In this document: in pieces, positions 38,543-48,939 of the stretch
How positions within the stretch are numbered: the first letter of the stretch is position 1
Layout: each line of letters opens with the position of its first letter
Assembly (NCBI GenBank): GCA_963819655.1
Contig: CAWFXA010000002.1
Coordinates: forward strand, 608,001-672,000
Direction of reading: 5' to 3'
DNA length: 64,000 nucleotides
DNA from: an uncultured Chloroflexia bacterium
GTDB taxonomy: Bacteria > Chloroflexota > Limnocylindria > Limnocylindrales > CSP1-4
Program-made: the position numbers and the translations under genes
Notes under the pieces: generated by a model
Databases searched by the model: none
What the model was told of the DNA's origin: nothing
What the model saw: the letters and a program-made list of their open reading frames with translations, nothing else

Positions 38543-38697
38543 GTCGCTGACAGCGACGACGTCACTCTCAGTGACGCCTTGCGCATGAACCAGCGCGCGC
38601 CGATCGCTCAAACGACGACACACCGTCGTTCGGGTGTTGGATCACGCAGCGCTGTCGCGGATGTGTCACTCACAGTGACGTTGTCGCTCACAGTGAC
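38543..38697. repeat. four 15-bp palindromes GTCRCT-N3-AGYGAC arranged as two pairs
   Basis: 38543-57, 38561-75, 38665-79, 38683-97. Confidence 0.8.
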
Positions 38698-38712
38698 GCC
38701 GGAGCACGGACG

Positions 38713-39618
38713 TCATTCGGCGCGGTGCGCCTCCGACCAGTCGATGATCGGGTTCTCGACCGACCCGATGCCTTCGATCTGGCAGCGGACGCGGTCGCCG
38801 GGCTCGAGGAACACCGGTGGATCGCGGAAGACACCGACACCGGCCGGGGTGCCGGTCGCGATCACGTCGCCTGGCCCGAGCGTGATGACGGCGCTGATGT
38901 ACTCGATGAGCGCCGGCACGTCCCAGATCATGTCGGCCGTCGTGCCGTTCTGCATCAGATGCTCCGTCCCGTCGGGCGTGATCCGCCAGCTCCGTAGACG
39001 GAGTCCCCCCGCAGGATCGATCTCGTCCCACGTCACGAAGATCGGCCCCATCGGCAAGAACGTGTCGCTGCCCTTGGCGCGCAGCCACTGGCCGTCGCCC
39101 TTCTCGCCCTCGCGAAGCGCCGCTGGGACGCCTTGCCAGTCGCGCGCGCTTACGTCGTTGACGACCACATAGCCCGCGACGTGTGCCATCGCATCAGCCC
39201 GCGAAACGCGCTTGGCGGTCCGGCCGATGACGACGCCCAGCTCGACCTCCAGGTCGAGCGCGTGCGTGCCCTCGGGTCGGACGATCGGCTCGCCGTCGGC
39301 GATGACTGTGTTGGCGAACTTTGAGAAGAGCAGCGGCCGGTCCGGCGGCGGGCGACCACCTTCCGCGACGTGGTCGCGATAGTTCAGCCCCACGCAGACG
39401 ATCTTGCTGGGTCGATGGACGGCGGGCGCCGGCACGAGCGACGAGAGCTCGTGGCGCTCGGTCGCCTCGCCCCGCGACTGTGCCTCGAGGTAGGCCTCAA
39501 GATCGTCGAGGGCGGCGTCCGAGAGGTTGTCGCGCCAGTCGGCGACAACGACCACCGACGTCCCGTCGAGACGGCCGGAGGTAACGCCAGAGTCCTCTTG
39601 AAATGCGAAGAGGCGCAT
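38713..39618 (-). CDS. fumarylacetoacetate hydrolase family protein
   Basis: KIVCVGLNY, EVELGVVIG, NDVSARD, GDVIATGTPAGVG. Confidence 0.93.
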   Translation of the reverse strand: MRLFAFQEDSGVTSGRLDGTSVVVVADWRDNLSDAALDDLEAYLEAQSRGEATERHELSSLVPAPAVHRPSKIVCVGLNYRDHVAEGGRPPPDRPLLFSKFANTVIADGEPIVRPEGTHALDLEVELGVVIGRTAKRVSRADAMAHVAGYVVVNDVSARDWQGVPAALREGEKGDGQWLRAKGSDTFLPMGPIFVTWDEIDPAGGLRLRSWRITPDGTEHLMQNGTTADMIWDVPALIEYISAVITLGPGDVIATGTPAGVGVFRDPPVFLEPGDRVRCQIEGIGSVENPIIDWSEAHRAE

Positions 39619-39632
39619 CCAGCAGCCGCCGG

Positions 39633-40574
39633 TCAGCTCGGCGAGGCGGCCGGTGACGCGCTCGGGGCTGCCGGTGACGCGCTCGGCGCAGCCGAGGGGC
39701 TCGCCGATGGCGCCGCAGACGGCGCCGCCGAACCGCTCGCGCCGGGCTCGGCCGACGGGCTGGGCGACGCGCACAGCTTCTCCGGGTTCGCCCGCTCGCC
39801 ATAGCGTGCGTAGAAGTCGAGGATCGCGGCCTGATCGATCGTGTCGAGTGGCAGCACGCGATCCCACAACAGCGCGGCGTACGGCCACGCCATCTGGTCG
39901 AACCGCGCGATGAGCGGACCTGGGGACTGCCCGCCTGGCTCGAAGCCGCATACCGGACTGGCCGGGATCGCGTCGTACAGAGCGCGCAAGGCCGCCTGAT
40001 CGGCCTCGGCGCCGCGGTACAGGATCACCAGACCGCCGTGCTCGAGGTTGTGGACCCAACCTTCCGGGATCACCGCGTCATTCGGCCCGTATGGGCGGGC
40101 GGCGATCGGCCCGATGCCGGCCCCGATGTAGTGCCGCCCCGATGCCGGCGGGCAGTACGTGTACTTGACGACAGTGCCCGGCGCGACGTGGGTGTTGCCC
40201 ATGTCGGGTTGCACGTAGCCGGGCTGTGGGGAAGCGCCGGCGGCCGGACTCGACGAGGGGGACGGCTGCCACACCGTCGAGCACGCGAAGGCCGGCTGCG
40301 TCGCGGCCGCGAACACGCCGGCTCCGACGATCGCGACGACGGCGACGATTGCCGCCGCAAGGAGCCATGTCCGGTAGCGCTCGATGAAGGACCGCCGTGG
40401 CGCCGGTCGAGCCCGCTCGCGCCGACCGGCTCGTTCCGCGCTTCGCTGGGTGGCGACAGGTCGGTCGGCGGCTCGCGCGCCCGACGCATCGGACGAACGC
40501 TTCTCTGCGGCGCCCGGGCGTGACCCGGACGGCTGGCCGGACGTGCGCTGACGCCGGCGTGATTCCTTGCTCAC
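39633..40574 (-). CDS. DUF3105 domain protein
   Basis: G.THV...Y...PPASGRHY...VHNLEHGG..ILY. Confidence 0.85.
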   Translation of the reverse strand: MSKESRRRQRTSGQPSGSRPGAAEKRSSDASGARAADRPVATQRSAERAGRRERARPAPRRSFIERYRTWLLAAAIVAVVAIVGAGVFAAATQPAFACSTVWQPSPSSSPAAGASPQPGYVQPDMGNTHVAPGTVVKYTYCPPASGRHYIGAGIGPIAARPYGPNDAVIPEGWVHNLEHGGLVILYRGAEADQAALRALYDAIPASPVCGFEPGGQSPGPLIARFDQMAWPYAALLWDRVLPLDTIDQAAILDFYARYGERANPEKLCASPSPSAEPGASGSAAPSAAPSASPSAAPSASPAAPSASPAASPS

Positions 40575-40690
40575 TGGTGATGCCTCGGGTGGTCGAAAAA
40601 GGGTCGCCGGATCGGTGTCGGATCCAGCGGCGACGAAGACCGCGCCACGAGAGGGTACCTGCGTGGCCGCGAAAACGTGCGCGGCGGGCG

Positions 40691-41065
40691 TCAGTCCTCT
40701 GACAGGTAGCGCCGCACCTCCGGCCGCAGCAGTGCTCGGAACAGCAGTAGACCGAATGCGGCCGTGAAGACCGGCAGGGCCGGGTGCACCGGGCTGACCA
40801 GTAAGAGGAGTACCAGCGGCACCGTCAGGCTGGCGAGGCCGATCGCGAGGCCGTATGCCGCCTGTTTTCGCTGGAGCACGAGCGTCGTCGTGAAGATCGT
40901 GTAGGCCAGCAGGATCATCACGACGATCCCGGTCAGGCTGACCGGCGCGGAGATGGCCTGGTCGACGACGAACCGCAGGCTCAGTCCGATGCCGGCCAGA
41001 ATGAGCAAGGCGTACGCGAGGAAGAGCCGGATGCCGGCGGGCATCTCCCTGATCGAGCTGACCAT
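40691..41065 (-). CDS. small 4-TM membrane protein
   Basis: Four hydrophobic helices; TACGAT 8 nt upstream of ATG. Confidence 0.7.
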   Translation of the reverse strand: MVSSIREMPAGIRLFLAYALLILAGIGLSLRFVVDQAISAPVSLTGIVVMILLAYTIFTTTLVLQRKQAAYGLAIGLASLTVPLVLLLLVSPVHPALPVFTAAFGLLLFRALLRPEVRRYLSED

Positions 41066-41198
41066 CGCGGGCGATCGTAGCGTCTCCCGGCAGGACGGGC
41101 CGTCCAACCTCGAGAACGTGCCGGAACTTGTGATTCCACGCGCCTCGGTTCGCCTACCATGGAGCGGTCGAAGGTCCACCGGGAGGAGAGGTGCTCTC

Positions 41199-42314
41199 AT
41201 GGCGACGATCACGTTCGATCACGTGGTGAAGGACTACGGCGACGTCCATGTCGTCAAGGACATGAACGTCGAGATCGCAGACGGTGAGTTCATGGTCCTC
41301 GTCGGCCCATCGGGCTGCGGGAAGACGACCGCGCTCCGGATGATCGCCGGGCTCGAGGAGATCACGGCTGGCACGGTGAAGATCGGCGATCGGGTCGTCA
41401 ACGACGTCGCACCCAAGGACCGCGACATCGCCATGGTCTTCCAGAGCTACGCGCTGTATCCGCACATGTCGGTCCGGGAGAACCTCGCGTTCGGACTCAA
41501 GCTGCGCAAGATGCCCAAATCCGAGATCGAGCGGAGGGTCAACGTCGCAGCGGAGACCACCCAGCTCACGAAACTGCTCGACCGCAAGCCCAAGGAGCTC
41601 TCCGGCGGCCAGCGGCAGCGCGTGGCCCTGGGTCGGGCGATCGTCCGCGAGCCGGCGGCGTTCCTGATGGACGAGCCGCTGTCGAACCTCGACGCCAAGC
41701 TGCGCGTCCAGACGCGCGCCGAGATCGCCCGCCTCCACCAGCGACTCAAGACGACGACGGTCTACGTCACCCACGACCAGGTCGAGGCGATGACGATGGG
41801 CCAGCGGATCGCAGTGATGAACGAGGGGATCCTCCAACAGGTCGGCCCGCCCCAGACTCTCTATGACAGCCCGGTCAACCGATTCGTCGGAGGCTTCATC
41901 GGCAGCCCCTCGATGAACTTCATCGAGGTCACCGTCGAGGGCTCTGGTGACGGTGCGCGGCTGATCGGCCCGTCCGGATGGGCGGTCCCGGTCCCGGCGC
42001 GCTTCCGCGACGCAGGTGCCACAGAAGGTCGCAAGCTCGTCGCGGGCTTCCGGCCGGAGCACCTCGATATCGGCGATCCGAGCGGGCACCGCGCCTCGTT
42101 CCGAGCTCGGGCCGACGTGGTCGAGTACCTCGGCAACGAGGAGCTCCTGCATGTCAACGCGGCGGACCAGGACATCGTGGCGATCGTCAACTCGAAGCAC
42201 CGCATCGTGCCGAACGACCTCGTGGATCTCATCATCCCGCTCGACCTGCTCCACCTGTTCGACAGCGAGACGGGCGAGGCACTCCACCCAAAGTCGACCG
42301 CGTCGGCCGCCTGA
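41199..42314 (+). CDS. sugar ABC transporter ATP-binding protein (MsmX/UgpC/MalK family)
   Basis: GPSGCGKT, LSGGQRQR, DEPLSNLDAKLR, HDQVEAMT. Confidence 0.95.
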   Translation: MATITFDHVVKDYGDVHVVKDMNVEIADGEFMVLVGPSGCGKTTALRMIAGLEEITAGTVKIGDRVVNDVAPKDRDIAMVFQSYALYPHMSVRENLAFGLKLRKMPKSEIERRVNVAAETTQLTKLLDRKPKELSGGQRQRVALGRAIVREPAAFLMDEPLSNLDAKLRVQTRAEIARLHQRLKTTTVYVTHDQVEAMTMGQRIAVMNEGILQQVGPPQTLYDSPVNRFVGGFIGSPSMNFIEVTVEGSGDGARLIGPSGWAVPVPARFRDAGATEGRKLVAGFRPEHLDIGDPSGHRASFRARADVVEYLGNEELLHVNAADQDIVAIVNSKHRIVPNDLVDLIIPLDLLHLFDSETGEALHPKSTASAA

Positions 42315-42365
42315 CGGCCGGCGGCCGGCGGCCGTCCCGGCTGGCATTCGTCGAAGCGCGCTCCC

Positions 42366-43929
42366 GTGACGATCGAGACCCCGGCATGGGTGCGGGACGC
42401 GGTCTTCTACCAGATCTTCCCGGACCGCTTCGCGATGAGCGACCGTGTCGTCAAGCCCGGTCCCCTGGAGCCGTGGGATAGCCCGCCCACGGTCTACGGG
42501 TTCAAGGGCGGCGACCTGCTCGGGATCGTAGAGCACCTCGACCACATCCAGGCCGTCGGCGCGAACGCGATCTATCTGAACCCTGTCTTCAAATCGGCGT
42601 CGAACCACCGCTACCACACCTACGACTACATGGCGGTCGACCCGCTGCTCGGTGGCGACGCCGCCCTGCGCGAGCTGCTCGACGCATGCCACGCGCGCGG
42701 GATCCGCGTCGTGCTCGACGGGGTCTTCAACCATGCAAGTCGCGGGTTCTTCCCGTTCAACCATGTCCTCGAATTCGGGCAAGGCGTCGCCCTACCGCGA
42801 CTGGTTCTACTTCAACGTCGAGGATCTGGACGCGGGCCGCCCCATCCGCGCCTATCCGCTCGAGAACGTGCCCGTCGACCTGTCCGCACTGACGGCCGAG
42901 CAGGTCGCCGACCAGATGGCCGGCCGAACGTCGCTCACGTCCCTGGGCTATCGGGCGTGGTGGGACCTGCCCGCGCTGCCGAAGGTCAACACGTCGAACC
43001 CGTTCGCCCGCGAGTACCTGTTGTCGGTCGCCGAGCATTGGATCCGGTTCGGCATCGACGGGTGGCGGCTCGACGTCGCGGAGGAGGTCCCGGACGAATT
43101 CTGGCGCGAGTTTCGCAGCCGGGTGAAGGCGATCTCCCCCGAGGCATACATCGTCGCCGAGATCTGGCACGAGAAGCCGGGCGACCTGGGTGGGGATATG
43201 TACGACGCGCTCATGAACTACCCGCTGGCCACGGCGATCATCTCGTTCACGGGCTCGTGGCGCCTCGACCGGCGCGTCATCGCCCAGCATCTCACCATCG
43301 ATGCGATGGTCCGCGATGACGACGCTCCGGCCTTCGCTGTGCGCCTGGAGCGCGCAATGTCGATCTACGACCCGGCAGTCACGGCCGTCCAGCTCAACCT
43401 GCTCGACAGCCACGACACGCCGCGCTTCCTGTCGATGGTGAGCGGCGACCGAAGCGCCCTGCGGCTTGCCACGCTCATCCAGATGACCCTGCCCGGCGCG
43501 CCGCTGATCTACTACGGCGACGAGATCGGGCTCGCCGGCGAGCTCGACCCGTACAGCCGGCCCGCCTTCCCGTGGAGCGCGGAGGACGGCTGGGACCGCG
43601 ACCTGCTCGCGTACATCTCGGGCGTCGTGGCGCTGCGCCACGGCCAGCCGGTGTTGCGCGACGGCGGCTTCCGGGTCGTCGCTGCCGAGGCGCACTTCAT
43701 CGCCTACCTGCGCGCCGGTGACGCCGGTTCGGCGCTCGTTCTGGTCAACGCGGGCGACGAGCCCATCCAGGTCGAGCTGGTCGTACCTGAGCTGGACGGA
43801 CGGACCGTGGCAGCCCAACGCTGGCCCGGCAACGATCCTGCGTCGTTCCCGGACCCCCTCACCGTCCGCGACGGCCGGCTGGGAATCTCGCTTCCGGCTC
43901 GCGATGGCGCGGTGCTGATGGCCGACTGA
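42366..43929 (+). CDS. GH13 neopullulanase/cyclomaltodextrinase-like enzyme with a +1 frameshift near 42777-42779
   Basis: [22 protein letters not shown] in the first frame; [21 protein letters not shown] in the second. Confidence 0.88.
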
Positions 43930-44035
43930 TCGGCCGGTTCGTACCGACCGGCAGAGTGCCCCAGGCGTCGCACCCGTCCCGGCGCCTGACCACTTCCTGA
44001 GCGCTGGAGCCGCCCGCCCCTATACTTCGCGGCCT

Positions 44036-44650
44036 GTGGCAGATCTCCCCATCGACCTGGAGACCGGGCTGTCCGAACGTCTGGCCCGGATCCTCGATGT
44101 CGAGGGCAAGATCCCGCGGGCGATCGAGGCGCTGGGTCCGGTGGAGGGACGAGATGTTGTCGTCGTCGATGGATCCGCCGGTCTTCGCGCTCGGCAGCTC
44201 ATCTCACTCGGCGCTCGGGTCACGCTCGTGGACGCGAGCGGCCCCGCGGCGTTCGACGCGCCCGATGCGTCGGCCGACGTCGTCGTCGGGTTGTGGTCCC
44301 CGTTCCGCGGTGCAGGCTCCGCCGATATCGACCAGGCGGCCCGACTTCTTCGGCCCGGCGGCCGGCTGCTCGTCATCCACGATTACGGGCGCGATGACGT
44401 CGCACAACTCCGGGGCGATCTCCCGGAGTACGGGATCTGGACGCGGCGCGACGGTCCGTTCCTGACATCCGGGTTCAAGATCCGCGTCCTCCACTGCTGG
44501 TGGACGTTCGCGTCTCTGGACGAGGCGGGCACGTTCCTCGACGCCGCCTTCGGTGAGGTCGGGCGCACGGTCGCGGCCCGGTTGACCCGGCCGCGCCTGT
44601 CTTACAACGTCGCGGTCTACCATCGGACCCTGGATAGGGAGCACGCATGA
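44036..44650 (+). CDS. SAM-dependent methyltransferase-like protein
   Basis: DASADVVV...ARLLRPGGRL; motif I looks degenerate. Confidence 0.6.
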   Translation: MADLPIDLETGLSERLARILDVEGKIPRAIEALGPVEGRDVVVVDGSAGLRARQLISLGARVTLVDASGPAAFDAPDASADVVVGLWSPFRGAGSADIDQAARLLRPGGRLLVIHDYGRDDVAQLRGDLPEYGIWTRRDGPFLTSGFKIRVLHCWWTFASLDEAGTFLDAAFGEVGRTVAARLTRPRLSYNVAVYHRTLDREHA

Positions 44651-45057
44651 CCGAGCGCCGTGTCGGCCGGGATCCATATGCCGACCCACATCCCCGGGAT
44701 GCCCTTCTGGACGACGACCCCGCATACGAGCCCGAGGAGCGCCGGCGCGGCATCTCGCCCGGCGTGATCTTCTTCGTCGTCGCGGTGATCGGGTCGATCG
44801 CCTATATGGCGTACGTCCTCACCGTCCGGGAGGCGACGCAGATCCCGCTGCTTGCATCGGGCGCGGTCGTGCTCGCCATCGTCTTCGGGGCACTCGCGGT
44901 GTTCTGCCTGCGGTCGATCTGGCGCGCCGGGCTGCAGCGTGGCAACAGCGGCACGACGATCCTGACCGCAATCGTCGGGGGCGGCGCGGCGATGGCCGCG
45001 TCGGGCTTCGCGGCAGCCGCGATCATCCTCTTCCAGCTCGCCATCCGGCCGGCCTGA
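44647..45057 (+). CDS. 3-TM membrane protein
   Basis: Hydrophobic helices; ATGA overlap with upstream gene. Confidence 0.7.
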   Translation: MTERRVGRDPYADPHPRDALLDDDPAYEPEERRRGISPGVIFFVVAVIGSIAYMAYVLTVREATQIPLLASGAVVLAIVFGALAVFCLRSIWRAGLQRGNSGTTILTAIVGGGAAMAASGFAAAAIILFQLAIRPA

Positions 45058-45068
45058 GAGGGACCCTC

Positions 45069-45077
45069 TGCTAGAAT
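45069..45077 (+). promoter_or_regulatory. extended -10 promoter of tRNA-Glu
   Basis: TGCTAGAAT ending 21 nt before the tRNA. Confidence 0.6.
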
Positions 45078-45098
45078 CCGGCCTCGGCGCGCCCGCCC

Positions 45099-45175
45099 GC
45101 CCCCATCGTCTAGAGGCCTAGGACGCCACCCTTTCAAGGTGGAGATCAGGGGTTCGAATCCCCTTGGGGGCACCA
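45099..45175 (+). tRNA. tRNA-Glu (UUC)
   Basis: Acceptor GCCCCCA/TGGGGGC, anticodon arm CCACC-CTTTCAA-GGTGG, T arm GGTTCGAATCC, encoded CCA. Confidence 0.97.
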
Positions 45176-45317
45176 CCGCTGTCTTTCGAAGAACGGCCGC
45201 ACCGGACGCGTCCACTCGATCCGTACGCCTCCGGATCTGCGGCCCGCCACAGGGTGTCGGGGACGGTGATCGGTGTGGCTTCGGTGGCCGCACCTCGATC
45301 GCGGGCTCCGTCGCCGA

Positions 45318-46325
45318 TCACGTGACGACTGCGGAGGGCCGGCCACGCTGCAACGGCGACGTCTCCGAGTCGGTCCCGGATACGCCAGCCACGAGCAGCA
45401 CGACCTTGCCCGGCCCGCTCCTGATGCCCATCCTCCCGTACGCTTGCTGTCCGCGGATGAGCGGCAACTCCGCTGACACGATCGGTCGAAGGTGGCCGGC
45501 ATCGATCAAGCCGGCGATCTCAAGCAGCTGTTCCCGGTCCTGCTTGACGATGAACCAGATCGCTCGTCGGTCGTCGTCGCTCGGGCGCTCGGGTGGACGG
45601 GGCACGGCGATCGACACGAGTCTGCCACGAGGACCAAGGACGTCCCACGATCGCTCCCAGGTTTCGCCACCGACCGTGTCGAACACGAGATCCAGGTCCG
45701 CCACGACATCCTCGAACCGTTGCGACCGATAGTCGATGACGTCGTCGGCGCCGAGTCCACGGACAAGATCGGCGTCACGCGCCGAACTGGTCGCCGTGAC
45801 GCGCGCCCCTCGCCATCGAGCGAGTTGGACGGCGAACGAGCCGACGCCGCCGCCCCCACCGTGGACGAGCACCCGCTGGCCAGGGGCGAGATCGCCCTGA
45901 TCGAAGAGCGCCTGCCATGCCGTCAGCGCGGACAGCGGGACGGCGGCCGCCTCGGCGTGGGTCGCGATGGCGGGCTTGGGCACAAGTTCGTCGGCGCGCA
46001 CCGCCACGAAGTCCGCGTCGGCGCCGTCACGACGGAAATCGATCACTCCGAACACTTCATCCCCGACCTCGATCCCTGCGGCACCCGCTCCCACCTTCTC
46101 GACGACCCCGGAGACCTCATGGCCAGGGATGATGGGCGGCGTGCGTCGAGCGCCGTCATCGCGGAGCCATGTCCCGTTCCAGTCGAGTTCCCCCGGCGAG
46201 ACGCCGCTGGCGTGGACCCGGACTAGGACGTCTTCGGGTCCGAGCGTGGGCAGCGGCACGTCTTCGACGACCAGTCGGGAGGGGTCATGTTGGGCATAGG
46301 CGTGCAGGGCGCGCATAGTCCTCAT
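45318..46325 (-). CDS. NADP-dependent oxidoreductase (MDR family)
   Basis: PGHEVSGVV, ALTAWQAL, VHGGGGGVGSFAVQLA. Confidence 0.92.
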   Translation of the reverse strand: MRTMRALHAYAQHDPSRLVVEDVPLPTLGPEDVLVRVHASGVSPGELDWNGTWLRDDGARRTPPIIPGHEVSGVVEKVGAGAAGIEVGDEVFGVIDFRRDGADADFVAVRADELVPKPAIATHAEAAAVPLSALTAWQALFDQGDLAPGQRVLVHGGGGGVGSFAVQLARWRGARVTATSSARDADLVRGLGADDVIDYRSQRFEDVVADLDLVFDTVGGETWERSWDVLGPRGRLVSIAVPRPPERPSDDDRRAIWFIVKQDREQLLEIAGLIDAGHLRPIVSAELPLIRGQQAYGRMGIRSGPGKVVLLVAGVSGTDSETSPLQRGRPSAVVT

Positions 46326-46409
46326 CTCCTCCGGGCGAGTACAACCTCGCCGTCAGTCAGGGGCCGGACGCCGCTGCGATCCACAGCGTCCGGCCTTCCG
46401 CGATCGAGA

Positions 46410-47606
46410 TCAGCGCAGAGCCCTAAACGCGGCTCGCAGCTCCTCGGAGAACAGCTGCGGCTCCTCCCAGGCGGCGAAGTGGCCGCCCTTGTCGACCGCG
46501 TTGAAGTAGGTGAGGCCGGGGTATACCGCCTCGACCCAGCTGCGCGGGGAGGCCCAGATCTCGCCGGGGAACGTCGTGAAGCCGACCGGCACGGAGACCG
46601 GCGGAGGAGGTTGGCCGCTTGCGATCGCTGCGGCCAGCGCTCGAGCGTCCTCCCAGTACGACCGCGCCGCCGACGCAGCGGTGCCGGTGAACCAGTACAG
46701 CGTGATGTTGTCGACGATGCTCTGCCGGGTAAGATCGCCGACAGGCTCGGCGCCGAGGAGCGCGCGGGAGATCTTGTAGTAGCTGTCCGTGTCGTGGTCG
46801 AGCAACCAGGCCGCCAACGCGACGGGTGAATCCAGCAGTGCGTAGCCGATCGTCTGGGGCCGAGTTGCCATCTCGAGGAAGTAGCCGAAGCCGTCCTGCC
46901 TGAACGTCGCAAGCGCCTCGGCCGCTGCGCGTTCCTGTTCGGATTCCTTGGGCAGTCGATCGCCGATCGCGAGCACCGCCGTGAGCAGGTTCAGGTGGTA
47001 GCCGACCAGACCCTCGACCGCCTGGCGGCCCATCAGGTCCGTGACGAGTGCACCCACGTCGCCGCCCTGCGCGACGTAGCGGGTGTAGCCGAGGCGGCGC
47101 ATCAGGTCCGACCAGGCGCGTGCGGTGCGGCCGGCGTCCCAGCCGAGCTCGGCTGGCTCGCTGGAGAAGCCGTACCCGGGCAGCGACGGCAGCACGAGGT
47201 GGAACGCATCCTGCGCTTGCCCGCCGTGCGCGGTCGGATCGGTCAGCGGTCCGATCGTTTCGAGCAGCTCGATGACCGAGCCGGGCCAGCCGTGCGTCAC
47301 GATCAGCGGCAAGGCGTTCTCGTGCGGGGACTTCACATGGATGAAGTGGATGTCGACGCCGTCGATCTCCGTCGTGAACTGCGGAAGCGCGTTGAGCTTC
47401 GCCTCGGCCTTGCGCCAGTCGTAGTCCGTTGCCCAGTAGCGCGCGAGCTCCTGCATCGCCGCCAGCTGCACGCCCTGTGATCGATCGGCGACCAACTCCT
47501 TGGTGGGCCAGCGTGTCGCCGCGATGCGCCGACGCAAGTCGTCGATCTGTTCCTGTTCGACCTCCACGCGGAATGGACGGATCTCGGTCTCGACGATGGT
47601 CGTCAT
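46410..47606 (-). CDS. epoxide hydrolase (EHN family)
   Basis: IRPF, HGWPGS, SLPGYGFS, QGGDVG, GGHFAAWE. Confidence 0.95.
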   Translation of the reverse strand: MTTIVETEIRPFRVEVEQEQIDDLRRRIAATRWPTKELVADRSQGVQLAAMQELARYWATDYDWRKAEAKLNALPQFTTEIDGVDIHFIHVKSPHENALPLIVTHGWPGSVIELLETIGPLTDPTAHGGQAQDAFHLVLPSLPGYGFSSEPAELGWDAGRTARAWSDLMRRLGYTRYVAQGGDVGALVTDLMGRQAVEGLVGYHLNLLTAVLAIGDRLPKESEQERAAAEALATFRQDGFGYFLEMATRPQTIGYALLDSPVALAAWLLDHDTDSYYKISRALLGAEPVGDLTRQSIVDNITLYWFTGTAASAARSYWEDARALAAAIASGQPPPPVSVPVGFTTFPGEIWASPRSWVEAVYPGLTYFNAVDKGGHFAAWEEPQLFSEELRAAFRALR

Positions 47607-47712
47607 GGCGCTCCTCCAGTGCGTACGCGAACCCGGTTGTACGTCGTCAGCAGCTGTGCTGCGCGATCCCGTTTACCGGGTCAAGTGGTGAGCGCGCAGC
47701 CAGTTCCACGTA

Positions 47713-48939
47713 TCAGCGAACCGGGCGGAACGCTGCGCGGATCTCCTGACTGAACAATTGCGGTTGCTCCCAAGCGGCGAAGTGGCCGCCCTTGTCGACT
47801 TCGTTGTAGTAGATGAGGTTGGGATAGGCTCGTTCCGCCCAGTTGCGCGGAGCCTGGTATTGCTCGCCCGGAAAAATCGTGATCGCGACCGGGATAGCCA
47901 CACCCTTCGCGTTGAAGAAGCCGCCCTTGTATTCCCAATAGAGGCGAGACGCCGATACGCCGGTGTCTGTCAGCCAATAGAGCGTGATGTTGTCGAGGAT
48001 CTCGTCACGAGTCAGTTCGCCCGCGGCACTCGTGGTGCGGTCTAGGGCGGCCACGACTGCCGCGGCGGGCTGGCCGTCAGCGTCGTTGTGGTCGAGGAGC
48101 CAAGCGGCAAGGCCGACGGGCGAATCCGCGATGCCGTACAGCGTCTGCGGGCGAGCCGCCATCATCCTCGCGTACTCCACCTGTTTGAAGGTGCGGACCA
48201 GCTGGTCGCAGGCACGCTTCTCGACCGACGAGAGACCGTCCGGCGCCGGATCGCCGCGACTCAGAGCGTCGTTGATGGCAGTGGGTACGGTGGCCGGCAT
48301 GTTCGTGTGGATGGCGAGGAGTCCTGTCGGTGCCTGCAGCCCCATCTGGTCGACGACGAAAGCGCCCCAGTCGCCGCCCTGGGCCACGTAGCGGGTGTAC
48401 CCGAGGCGCTGCATCAAGGTGTTCCACGCTAGGCCGATGCGCTCCGGACCCCACCCGACACGCGTCGGCTTCGCGGAGAATCCGTACCCCGGCATCGACG
48501 GGATGACGACATCGAAGGCGTCGCCGGCGATGCCGCCATGGGCGGTGGGGTCCGTCAGTCGATCGATGATCTTGAGTTGCTCGATGATCGATCCGGGCCA
48601 GCCGTGACTGACGATGATCGGCAACGCGCCCTCGTGTCCTGAACGGACGTGGATGAAATGGATGTCCAGTCCGTCTATCTCGGTGATGAACTGCGGCAGG
48701 CCGTTCAGCCGCGCTTCCACCCGTCGCCAGTCGTAGTCCGTCATCCAATGGCGCACGAGTCGCTGGACCATCGCGAGCGGCACGCCCTGGGACTGATCCG
48801 TGACCGTCTCCTTGTCCGGCCAGTTCGTCATCTCCAGGCGGCGTCCGAGGTCGTCGATCCTCGCCTGGGGCACGTCGACTCGGAATGGCCGGATCGCGGC
48901 ATCTACGGACGCCTTCGGCTCGGGACTAACGATCGTCAT
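47713..48939 (-). CDS. epoxide hydrolase (EHN family)
   Basis: IRPF, HGWPGS, SMPGYGFS, QGGDWG, GGHFAAWEQP. Confidence 0.95.
   Translation of the reverse strand: MTIVSPEPKASVDAAIRPFRVDVPQARIDDLGRRLEMTNWPDKETVTDQSQGVPLAMVQRLVRHWMTDYDWRRVEARLNGLPQFITEIDGLDIHFIHVRSGHEGALPIIVSHGWPGSIIEQLKIIDRLTDPTAHGGIAGDAFDVVIPSMPGYGFSAKPTRVGWGPERIGLAWNTLMQRLGYTRYVAQGGDWGAFVVDQMGLQAPTGLLAIHTNMPATVPTAINDALSRGDPAPDGLSSVEKRACDQLVRTFKQVEYARMMAARPQTLYGIADSPVGLAAWLLDHNDADGQPAAAVVAALDRTTSAAGELTRDEILDNITLYWLTDTGVSASRLYWEYKGGFFNAKGVAIPVAITIFPGEQYQAPRNWAERAYPNLIYYNEVDKGGHFAAWEQPQLFSQEIRAAFRPVR

Noticed and set aside
38543-38697. Palindrome pairs as a CRISPR mini-array
   Set aside because: Only two diverged ~35-bp units around a ~90-bp gap; no cas genes
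44802-45293. ORF containing VVPPRGFEPLISTLKGW
   Set aside because: Antisense translation of tRNA-Glu
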